A program made the translations under genes and the position numbers. Under the pieces are notes generated by a model. The model saw only the letters and a list, made by a program, of their open reading frames with translations. It was not told the origin of the DNA and made no database searches. From a virus, in IMG/VR virus record IMGVR_UViG_3300044699_000063, positions 3,050-67,049 of that record: a stretch of 64,000 nt of DNA. The stretch is one strand, 5' to 3'. Shown here one piece after another: positions 42,353-51,210 of this stretch. Position 1 is the stretch's first letter. Every line of letters starts with the position of its first letter.

Positions 42353-42835
42353 TCAACGCCCTGCTGATCGGGTCTCTCTGGCGGCTCGCATCTTCGCTGC
42401 TTCCGCCTCGACCGGAGCGCGTACGAACAAGGCTCCACAGCCTTTGCAGTGGTGATTCGGTCCGGAGCGCTGTCGGTTCGGAACGCGCTTTGTGAGGACG
42501 CTTCTCGACGTAGTCGGGGTCGCCTGGCCTGCCGCCCGATCGGCTCACCTCATGCTGGATGACGGTGTCGGGAGTTCGTCCGCGTTGGTCGATCCGCACG
42601 CCGGACACTTGATCGGCCCTACTTCGACTCCGTCTTTGTCCTTCGGCATTTTCACTCCTGGGGCTGCGGCCACTGTTCGGGTCTGGACCCTTGAACTCGT
42701 GGACTTGTTGCCGACCGGCAGGTCGTACGGATCGGAGGTGTTGTCGATCAACACCGTCCCGAGAGCCTCGTTCGCACGCCGGTTCAACTTGGCGAGCGCG
42801 GCGGCTTCGGCCTCTGTCAGTTCGACATCGCTCAT
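42353..42835 (-). CDS. Hypothetical protein with CPACG zinc ribbon (frameshifted)
   Basis: MSDVELTEAEAAAL...IKCPACGS. 3' end approximate. Confidence 0.5.
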
Positions 42836-42836
42836 G

Positions 42837-43432
42837 TCAGGCTCCCAGCAGGTCGTGGTTCCAGGTGATCGCCAGCGTGTCGCTCGCGCCCTTGTTGACC
42901 GTCGGCGACAGTAGCGCACGGCTGATCGTGTTCGCCGCTGTGCCGGTGACGTCGGTCAACGGGTTCTCGTTCGTGATGACCGCTTCGGCGATGCCTGACG
43001 CTGTGGCGACACCCGCCGCCCACGACGTCTTCCACTGGATGCGCCGCGATGAGCCGCTGAGCGCCGACGTGGGAAGCCGCCGTCGATCGCCAGCGCCGAG
43101 CCGGACACGTACGTCACGATCGCCGCGCCCGCGCCTGTCTTCGCCACCGCGGTCGTGCCGGTGCCGAGACGCATACCGGTCACCTGCGCTGGCGGCGAGC
43201 CGATGCCTGCTGCGCGTTCGCCGTAATACTGGTCGCCGACCTGAGTGATCAGGTTCTCGAACTCGACGCGCTGCTTCAAGATCATGCCGCGTGGACCGCC
43301 GAGCAGATTGGAGCGTGGCGTCCACAGTTCGGCAACGCCGTGCCCGCGGATGCCACAGACGTCGGAGTTGAACCGGTGGTAGTCCGCGGTCACCTCGATC
43401 GAGTCTGTGATCCGAGCCTTGTCGATCTGCAC
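42837..43432 (-). CDS. Fiber/collar-type structural protein (frameshifted, leaderless)
   Basis: ENLITQVG, MRLGTGTTAV, IAEAVI, VNKGASDTLAITW; TATGGT -10 box 6 nt before GTG. Confidence 0.7.
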
Positions 43433-43451
43433 AATGTCACCATACCTAAGT

Positions 43452-43918
43452 TCAGGCCCGTGAGCCGATGATCTCCAATGTGAACTCGGCCCCCGGGAAC
43501 ACGGAGCCGATCTGGTCGATGTCAGCGTCAGCACTTGACCTTGCGCGACGAAAGTGACATCTGGGATGGCGAAGGCCGACAGTGTCGACCCAGCCAGAAT
43601 GCGTGGGCGGTTCGCTTGCGTCGTGAAGATCGTGACGTTGTCCAAGTTGACGTCCGCGATGATGTCGTCTCCGAGTGGTTCCTGTCCGAACCCGACGCCC
43701 ATCACGACGGCGTCGACGTTCATGTCCCATGGAGCGATGAAGGGTGCGAGGCCGGTGGCGACTTCAAGTTCGCCGGACCACGAGAAGATCGGCAGGATGA
43801 ACGAGATGCCCGCCGGTCCCGGCATCGGGGTGAGGATCGTGATCGTCGGGGCTTGAACGATCGGGATCGCAAGAAGTTCGAGGTGGGTGGGGACGACGAT
43901 CACGTCGCAGGCCGTCAT
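43452..43918 (-). CDS. Hypothetical structural protein (frameshifted)
   Basis: PGPAG, IIADVNLDNVTIFTTQANRPRI, DIDQIGS. Confidence 0.6.
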
Positions 43919-44312
43919 GACGTCACCGGCTTCGCGATGTTGAAGATGATCTGGGCGATCATCGCTGATGCGTCCTGATCGCCGGTCGGCCACATCTCGA
44001 TTGTCCCGAAGAACTTGCCTTTGCCCAGGTCTTCCGTATCGGTCGCGGTCAACAGCACGTCGATGTAGCTGTCGCCGAGCGTGCCGGGGACAGTGATCGG
44101 GAGGGGGACCGCCGTCTCCCCGGGGCGTCGCGCTTGATCAGGGCTTCGAAGGTGTACCCGGGCACGAGGTCGAACGGGAGGTACTCGCCGGGGTTGTCCG
44201 GGTCCGCGTATTTGATCTGCAACGAGAAGGCGATCTGGCTGCCGACGAGACCTCCGTCGACGCGCAAGAGCGCGGGGCCGAGGTTGATCTCATTCCAGAC
44301 GGGCTGCGGCAC
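43915..44312 (-). CDS. Hypothetical structural protein (frameshifted)
   Basis: PFDLVPGYTFEALIK...LTATDT; beta-rich adaptor-like pattern. Confidence 0.5.
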
Positions 44313-44315
44313 CGC

Positions 44316-44465
44316 TCAGCCCTGCTTCTTCGCGGCCTTCTTGACGGCCTTCTTCTTCGGAGGTTCCTCGCCCGCCTTGACAGCGCGGCGCTCGTCGGCG
44401 CGCGCTCGTCCTTCGGCTGCCCTCTGCGCTGTTCTGGCGTCTCGTTCTTCGCGTGTCATGGTCAT
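44316..44465 (-). CDS. Small basic protein
   Basis: MTMTREERD...KKKAVKKAAKKQG, coupled to the upstream gene. Confidence 0.55.
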   Translation of the reverse strand: MTMTREERDARTAQRAAEGRARADERRAVKAGEEPPKKKAVKKAAKKQG

Positions 44466-45535
44466 ACCAGTGTGTTCAGGTTGGCGGTTGCGTAGGTGCT
44501 CGTGTTCGCTCCGGTGAAGGTCTTCGTGACCGCTCGGGTGACGTGGACGAACGTGCCATCGTGGCCTGCCGTCGTGATGTCGCACGCGTTCTCGAAGATG
44601 CAACTCGCCAGCAGGCTGTCTCCGGTGAGTCGCAGGATCGCCCCGTTCGCCATCCTCATCTGACCGGCCTGCGCGGGGTTCGTCGTGGCGTTCGGGCGGA
44701 TCGACGATTGGTTGACGATCTGAGAGTTGGTGATCGTCGTCGCCGTCGTGCCGGTGGCGTCAATGAATGAGTTGTTGCTCAGCTGCGTCGTGAACACGGT
44801 CAGATCGGCAGCACCGCCGTCGATGTACGACCCGCCCGTCAGGTGGCACTGCCGGATGTCCACCGCTCCCGCGCCGGATGCGTTGAGGTACGAGTCGCTG
44901 AGAACCTGCGTATCTCTGACGGAGAAGTTGACGGCGTTCACGTACCACTCGCAGAAGGTGTTGCCCGAGAACATCGAGTTCTCGACGAGCGCTGTGCCGG
45001 TGTAGTTGCCGCTGGACAGGTACAGGGCGATCGACGCCGCGGCCGAGAGGTGGCATCCCCTGATGGTGACGGAGCCGCCTGTGCCGATCGGGTCGTCGAA
45101 CAAGATGTAGGAGTCCGTCGTCAGGAGCGTCTTTGAGATGGTGAGCGCGCCTGTCCCTGTCGTCCCCCCTGCGATGGTGGCGCTGAGAAGAACGTCGACC
45201 TCTGTGATGTTGATGTTCGGCCCACTCAGCACCACCGACGAGGAGTCCCCGATCACCCTCAGTCCGACGATCGCCCCGGACGTGATCCCGTCGAGATCGA
45301 CCGACGCGCCGCCTTCGACGCGCAGGCCGTAGACCGGCACGCCCGCTGGCGGGTAGGAGACGGTCGAGTTCGCGTCGACGTAGTTGTCGAAGATTTCAGT
45401 TCCAGCGCGGTCCGTCGGAAACGCGGCGATGTTGGCTTCACCGAAGATCGTGTTGCCGAACTCGTCCATGTAGACGTTCTCGGGCAGCCCACCACCACCG
45501 CCGCCGGTCTCACAAGGCGCAGTACCGACCGGCAT
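44462..45535 (-). CDS. Beta-helix/solenoid-like fiber or spike protein
   Basis: Gly hinge followed by regular S/T/N/G-rich beta-strand repeats (TI.GC.L, VENSMF, VRDTQV, IRQCHL, ITNSQI). Confidence 0.65.
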   Translation of the reverse strand: MPVGTAPCETGGGGGGLPENVYMDEFGNTIFGEANIAAFPTDRAGTEIFDNYVDANSTVSYPPAGVPVYGLRVEGGASVDLDGITSGAIVGLRVIGDSSSVVLSGPNINITEVDVLLSATIAGGTTGTGALTISKTLLTTDSYILFDDPIGTGGSVTIRGCHLSAAASIALYLSSGNYTGTALVENSMFSGNTFCEWYVNAVNFSVRDTQVLSDSYLNASGAGAVDIRQCHLTGGSYIDGGAADLTVFTTQLSNNSFIDATGTTATTITNSQIVNQSSIRPNATTNPAQAGQMRMANGAILRLTGDSLLASCIFENACDITTAGHDGTFVHVTRAVTKTFTGANTSTYATANLNTLV

Positions 45536-45536
45536 C

Positions 45537-46418
45537 TCAGCAGCACCCGCACAGCTTGGCGAGAACGGCGAGATGGACGCAGGAGGGGTCGAACACCGCG
45601 ACGACTGGCTGGCGCGCGAGGGCGGCGAGACGGTTCTGGCGTCCGTCTGTGGTCGAGCCGAGATCGGTCAGATCGAACGCCTCAGCGGGTCCGTATTCCC
45701 AGGCGACCGGGCCGGTGGCGTAGACGTACTCCTCGCCGTCGGCCGGGTCGGTGAGGGCGTAGCCGTCGGCGGTCGGCGCGCGGCCGTCGTAGCCAGCGTC
45801 ACCGATCACCAGGTGTCCGGTGTGCGTGAAGAACTGGTTGCCTTCCCGAACGACACAGACTTCCGAGGCGAGGATTTCCAGCGCCGCGGGAGTGACGTGG
45901 AGTGTCGCTGCCAGGTTGCCGTACAGCTCGGCGATGTGCTCGATCATCAAGGCCACCGCCTGACACACCGGCAGCGCTTCCGACACCGCGATGACCGTAG
46001 GGTCGACCGTGATCGCCGGGTTCGACGTGATCTCGCCCGTATACAGCTCCCGGGCGAGCCGGAACCCGATCGCTTCGTTCAGCCGACGCCGCGCGTCATC
46101 ACTCAGCTGGCCTCCGATGCCTGACATCACTCCACAGGAGCGCGCCACTTGCACGGCGAACGGAGAGAACGTGACGACGTCGCCGTACCCCTCCGTCGGG
46201 TCGTCGGCGTCGAGTTCGTCGCACTCCATCGGGATCGCGTCAGTGAGGTTGCAATCCTCGCCGACGATCTTGACGCCGTTCCCCCAAGGCCAATCGCCTC
46301 CACCGTTGCCGGGGACTGCGACCGTGATGCCGGGAGCAACGGATTCGACGAGAGTCCCCGAACGGCGGGCAGGGCGAGGGTGTGTTGCCTCCCTCCCCAT
46401 GTCCTCGTTGACCGACAT
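45537..46418 (-). CDS. Major capsid pentamer protein (cluster-B/Rosebush-like)
   Basis: WGNGV, FSPFAV..C, TLHV, THTGHLVIGDAGY, YATGPV, NRLAALA; directly after the hexamer gene. Confidence 0.7.
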   Translation of the reverse strand: MSVNEDMGREATHPRPARRSGTLVESVAPGITVAVPGNGGGDWPWGNGVKIVGEDCNLTDAIPMECDELDADDPTEGYGDVVTFSPFAVQVARSCGVMSGIGGQLSDDARRRLNEAIGFRLARELYTGEITSNPAITVDPTVIAVSEALPVCQAVALMIEHIAELYGNLAATLHVTPAALEILASEVCVVREGNQFFTHTGHLVIGDAGYDGRAPTADGYALTDPADGEEYVYATGPVAWEYGPAEAFDLTDLGSTTDGRQNRLAALARQPVVAVFDPSCVHLAVLAKLCGCC

Positions 46419-46496
46419 CGTTCCTCCTCATGCGAGCACCCCGGCCCCGACCTTTGCCGAGGAGCCGGGGTGCTCTGGTTCGTAGCTTGCGTGATG

Positions 46497-48115
46497 TTAC
46501 GAGAGGACGTCGTCGTCCACGCAGGTCCGCTCGTTGTAGCCGCTCGTCGGGGCGACCAGGCCGTTGTCGCAGAGCGGCATCTGGAACTCCCAGACCGGGC
46601 AGCCGTTGTCGATGATGCCTTCGAAGGTCTCGACGAACACCTGGTAGTCGTTGCGCAGGTTGGACGCCGTGTCCCGGTACTCGCGCTCGGTGGTGACGCC
46701 GATGTTCTTCGAACCGAAGTCCATCACGCGCAGGTTGTCGCTCTTGGAGAGCAGTACCCAGGCATCCGTCGGGTACTCGACGAGTGGAGCGTCCTTGGCC
46801 TGCTCCGGGTAGTCGCCGTACAGCGTCGGCTGGTCCATCGTCCAGGTGATCCGGCTGATGCCGATGTCGTTCGCCGCCCGCGTGATGTCCGCGTCTGACG
46901 GCGGGTCTTGCCCGCCAGGATGGCGTCGGAGCGCAGCTTGTTGCGCAGGTACCGCGGTGCCCAGGCAACGAGACCGGCGTCGTCGTAGCGCTCGTTCTCC
47001 ACGTAGTTGTTCATCAGGAGTTCGAGGTTGCGGAAGAACGAAGCCCACGCGCCGTAGACCTGCGTGCCGACGATCGGCCCGCCAGCGCGGATTCGCATCA
47101 GGTCGAGCAGCTTGCGCTCAGCCTTACGTGCCCACAGGGCGTCGAGCTGCATCGCCGAGAACGCCACCCACTCGGGGTAGGCCAGGGCGAGGAAGTTCTT
47201 CACCGTGTAGCACTTGTAGGTCGAGTACAGCTCGAACGTCTCGGTGTCGACGCAGGTGATCACCGAACACGTCTTCTCCACGAAGGGGTTGGCGTCGTCG
47301 TCGGCGTTCTCCCAGAAGTCGATGCCGGTGTCGTCGATCTGGCCGTCGGAGGTGCCGACGTCAGACAGCAACGGCGTGATGACCTTCGTCACCCGGCCGC
47401 GCGGGGCGATGTAGCGCCGCATCGAGTTGAGTACCGGCCGAGCGGCCGAGGAGCCGCCGCAGAACCCGTACTCGGTCGTCGGGGGGGCGCAGAACCCGGC
47501 GATGATCGCCTCGTCGTCGTAGTGGTCGTTGACGAGGAACTTGAACATCTCGTGGCCGTCTTCGGGGATTGTCAGCCCCGAGTCGATGTAGCCCTCCATC
47601 CGGGCGACGGTGAACCGCTCGCCGGACTTGGCACCCTTCAGCGCCCGGGCACGCTCGACGAGGGCCATACCCTGTTCGGCGAGGGTGATCGTGTCGCCGG
47701 GGGCCTTGCCGTTGAACGGCACGGCGAGAACGACGTGCGGGTTCATGCCGCGACCGGGGGTGAAGCCGTCCACGTCGTCGGCCGTGGTGCTCGTCGTCAC
47801 CGCTGGCGGCGTGGTGGCCGGAGGCGGCGTGGTGGCCGGGCGGAAGGAGACGCTGGCGAGGCGAGCCGCGCGGGCTGCCTTGTCCTCGTCGATCTTCACC
47901 TGGCGAGCCTCGGCACTGGCGCGAAGCGCGTAATACGCCTCCAGCTCGGTGAGGTCGTCTTCCGACAACGTGCCGGGGGTCTCGACTTCGGCCGCGGCGC
48001 GCTCTGCGCCAGCCGCGTTGATCGCGTCGATGTATGCCTGCAACTCGTCGCGGTCATTGACCGATGCGAGCGCCTCGTCAGCGATCGGCTCGGGGAAGGC
48101 GTTCTGCCACTCCAT
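46497..48115 (-). CDS. Major capsid (hexamer) protein, one frameshift near 46915
   Basis: RBS GAGGAGGAG; AGFCAPPTTEYGFC, RGRV, EKTCSVITC, AYPEWV, NDYQVFVETFEG. Confidence 0.85.
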
Positions 48116-48189
48116 GATGACTCCTCCTCGGGTGGCCTGTCGTGGCCGTGCCGCGATGAGTAATCGCTGTTCGTCCAGCATGTCAACCT

Positions 48190-48750
48190 AAAGCGGACCA
48201 CATTGTCGGAATGGACAACGCGCGAGATCGGGAAGCTACGAGCATCGAAGATGCGAGTAGGCCACCGGCAGGTACTCATCGAGCAGAAACCCGAAAGACC
48301 GCGCCCCCTCCCTCCTCCCCCACAGCGCAGAGGTGTGCTGACGGCGCGGTTCGATCGAAGGCGATGGAAGGGCGCGTCTGACAGACGTCTGGCCGGTTGG
48401 GGCGTTGACGGAGAGGGTCGGTGTAGCTACTATGGTCCGCGGTGTAGCAACCACGAGTTGTACTCCCCCGTCCCCCGTTTGTCAAGGTGTCCCGCCCTAA
48501 TCGAATCGGTGCGGAGGGGGGAGTGCAGCCACACCCTGTGAGTACGCTGGGGGACGAGGCCGTTCCACCGATGGTCTCGAACCAGAGGAAGCCCCGAGTC
48601 ATAGCCGCCCGCTTATCTCGGGCTTCTTCGCGCAACGACCCCGGCTGTGAGCCAGTGGCTCAGACCGAGGCCGTTGCAAGCCGCACCCCTTGACAGAAGT
48701 GCGGTGGGTTACCCCGTGTGTGGGGGGAAGTTGAGGCCAGCTTACGCGCT
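48190..48750. ncRNA. Candidate structured RNA / long capsid 5' leader
   Basis: No credible ORF. Many stems, e.g. GCGGACCA/TGGTCCGC, ACCGCGCC/GGCGCGGT, GAAGCCC.GAG/CTCGGGCTTC, GCAACG/CGTTGC, CCGCAC/GTGCGG. Confidence 0.45.
48457..48485 (-). promoter_or_regulatory. Possible capsid-operon promoter
   Basis: TTGACA-N17-TACAAC on the - strand, ~340 nt upstream of the capsid start. Confidence 0.45.
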
Positions 48751-48760
48751 GGTCCGGCTG

Positions 48761-50197
48761 TCACGCGAACGCTTCGGTCAGCTGGGCGATGCGCCGACGA
48801 CGGTTCTCCGTCGCCTCTTCGGCGAGCCGAGCGGCTTCACGCGACCACAGCAGGTCGATCTGCTGCATCATCGTGTCGAAGCGGCCGAGCAGTTCGGGCG
48901 TCAGCTCCCCGCCGTTGCCGCCGGGCGGATCGAGCGGGACGTTGGAGATGATCAGACCCGAGTCCTTGTCGATGCCGAACTCCGAGCGCGGCGTGTTGTA
49001 GCCGGGCACCGGAACGGCGAGACCGGCGATCAGTTCGCGCCCCGGCACGCCCATGATCGGACGCCAGTCGCCCGAAGGCGGACACGACAGAGCGAGCGTG
49101 AGCATCTCGGGGTCGATCTGCACCGCCGCGCCCGACACCCACGGACCGAACTCGTCGTCGCCGATTGCCACCAGACCGAACACCGTTCCGGTCGTCATGT
49201 AATGAGCGCTTGCCGTCTCGGCGTTGATGCCGCGCACCTTGGCGTGGACGGTGTCACACACGAGCCGACCGACGTAGACGATCGAGCCATCGGAGGCGTG
49301 GATCGGGGTGTTGGCGAAGTAGCGGTAGTTCGTGTGGCTGCGAGGCGGCAGCACGCATGTCGGCAGCGCGCCGTGGCACGTCTTCCATCCGGCGAGGTGT
49401 CCGAAGATGCGCCCCGTCGACGGCTCGTACTGGAACGGCGTCAACCGGCGCAGCTCGGGGTTCTGGAACAACGACACCGGATAGGTGAGCACTTCGGGCG
49501 GCGTGTAGGTCTCGTTGACTCGCACGAAGGACGTGATCGTCTTGGCCCCGACGAGCATCGACTCGAAGGCGGCGAGCTGTTCGGCGTACTGACCGCCGCA
49601 CGTTGCGCACGGCTCGGCCTCTTCGCAGCCTTCGCACGTCTCGACGTCCTCCTCTTCCAACTTCGCCATCCGTGCTGGTTCGCCGGTCGTGACGCTGTAC
49701 TTCCACTCTTCGGGCAGTTCCGCTGACAGCTGGACGTGGGCGTCGGGGAATGCCGGGCGGTCGACGAGGGTGAACCCGGCGAGCGAAGCCTCGGTGAAGA
49801 TGATCTTGAACTTCCACATCTCCGTCTCGGAGTCGAACTCTTCGACGTACTCGACGACGTAGTCATCATCAAGGTCGACGGATGCACCGACGAGCAGACC
49901 GGCGTCGACGAGGTTGGCCGCGCGGATGCCGAAGTCGTCGGCGAGCAGCCACGCGCCCTCATCCGGCACGGACACGGTGACCGAACCGTCTTCCGCGGCG
50001 TCGGCCACTTCGATCACATCAAGGCCACCAGCGATGCGCGCCATGTAGTGCCCGGACGACTGCATGTCGAGAACCCAGACCTTCGCCTGCTTGCCTTCGG
50101 CGATGCCGCGGAAGCCCGAAGCCTTGATGGTGCGTCCGTCAGGCGTCTCTGAATCCAGCTTCATCAGGACGGGTGCTCGGAGAGCGATCTTGCTCAC
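48761..50197 (-). CDS. Capsid maturation protease
   Basis: TPDGRTI, GASVDLD, TLVDRPAF, GRIFGHLAGWKTCH, PPRSHTNYRYF, SGDWR, LAVPVPGY. Confidence 0.85.
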   Translation of the reverse strand: MSKIALRAPVLMKLDSETPDGRTIKASGFRGIAEGKQAKVWVLDMQSSGHYMARIAGGLDVIEVADAAEDGSVTVSVPDEGAWLLADDFGIRAANLVDAGLLVGASVDLDDDYVVEYVEEFDSETEMWKFKIIFTEASLAGFTLVDRPAFPDAHVQLSAELPEEWKYSVTTGEPARMAKLEEEDVETCEGCEEAEPCATCGGQYAEQLAAFESMLVGAKTITSFVRVNETYTPPEVLTYPVSLFQNPELRRLTPFQYEPSTGRIFGHLAGWKTCHGALPTCVLPPRSHTNYRYFANTPIHASDGSIVYVGRLVCDTVHAKVRGINAETASAHYMTTGTVFGLVAIGDDEFGPWVSGAAVQIDPEMLTLALSCPPSGDWRPIMGVPGRELIAGLAVPVPGYNTPRSEFGIDKDSGLIISNVPLDPPGGNGGELTPELLGRFDTMMQQIDLLWSREAARLAEEATENRRRRIAQLTEAFA

Positions 50198-50802
50198 TGT
50201 GTGGCCTCCTCGGCAGTCTGCTGCGCGCCACCAGTAGCACTGGCTGGCGTTCCATGTCCAGCTGAGTCGAACAGCGTCCGCCACGATCTCAGCTCGTCAA
50301 GAGCCTCGTCGCGGCCCTCTCCGGCTTCCAGCCACGAGGCCAATCGACGCAGCACCTGGGGACTGATGGCGTTCGGCTCGTGGAGCGCGATCAACTGCAA
50401 CGCCAACCCGTCGGCCGACAGCAGGTCGGCGCGACGTCGGTACTGGGCGGGTTCAGCGACGGCGAGCGCGGCGTCGACGAGGGGGCGCGCTTCGCCGGGG
50501 AGCAGGGGGGCGGGTTCGATGCGCCGGAACAGAATCCACCACGCCGACGGTCTGGTCTCGTCGACCTCGGCGTCGGCCAGTCGTGCTGCGGCCATCAGCC
50601 GGTCCACCTTGGCGCGTCCGATCCCAAGCGTGTCGACGAGGCGGGCGAACTCCACCGGCCGCATGGTCGCCTGCCATTCACACAGCTGAGCGCCGAACCG
50701 GACAACGAAGGTCTCGGCGGCAGCCACAAGGTCCCGAACCCGTTGATCCACGCTCGAGTCCCGTTGATCAACGGCTTTCGGCTTGCGGTCGTTGGTCGGC
50801 AT
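50194..50802 (-). CDS. Hypothetical protein (leaderless)
   Basis: 202-aa ORF coupled to the protease; TACAGT 7 nt upstream. Confidence 0.65.
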   Translation of the reverse strand: MPTNDRKPKAVDQRDSSVDQRVRDLVAAAETFVVRFGAQLCEWQATMRPVEFARLVDTLGIGRAKVDRLMAAARLADAEVDETRPSAWWILFRRIEPAPLLPGEARPLVDAALAVAEPAQYRRRADLLSADGLALQLIALHEPNAISPQVLRRLASWLEAGEGRDEALDELRSWRTLFDSAGHGTPASATGGAQQTAEEATQ

Positions 50803-50820
50803 CGTTCACACTGTATGGCC
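50803..50820. promoter_or_regulatory. 18-bp bidirectional leaderless promoter
   Basis: CACACT (+, 50807-50812) overlaps TACAGT (-, 50810-50815) between ATGs at 50802 (-) and 50821 (+). Confidence 0.55.
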
Positions 50821-51210
50821 ATGCCGCCGTCGTGCTCTCGATGCCCCTGCGTGGAAGCAGGGTTCTCCCTGAACGGCGAACCCCTCTGCGCTGAGTGCGC
50901 GACGGCGGCGGTTGCAGCACGGCTCGTCGATCTCGAAGGTTCGAGTGCGCTTGACCACGAGATCGTCGTCGAACGCCGTCAACCCCAACGGCCCCACACC
51001 GAGCGCAAGCGGGTCCGATCGCGCGCCCGGGAAGCAGCCGAACGGCGAGCGATGTCGAAGCTGAAGCTGCTGCACCTGTCCGAGTACCAGACGATCCTCG
51101 GCGAAGAACTGCGCGCCGACGGCCAGACCCCACCGCGGGTCCGGCCGCTCGACGTACATCTGCGACACCTGATGTCGCATCGACTACTGGCTCTGGCTCG
51201 GAGGGCGTAA
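50821..51210 (+). CDS. Hypothetical protein with Zn motif
   Basis: CSRC..LCAEC; TAATG-coupled to the portal. Confidence 0.6.
   Translation: MPPSCSRCPCVEAGFSLNGEPLCAECATAAVAARLVDLEGSSALDHEIVVERRQPQRPHTERKRVRSRAREAAERRAMSKLKLLHLSEYQTILGEELRADGQTPPRVRPLDVHLRHLMSHRLLALARRA

Noticed and set aside
48190-48750. Hammerhead ribozyme, or the ORFs 48203-48541 / 48276-48635
   Set aside because: I found no CUGANGA...GAAA core in proper context, and the ORFs lack an RBS and protein-like composition.
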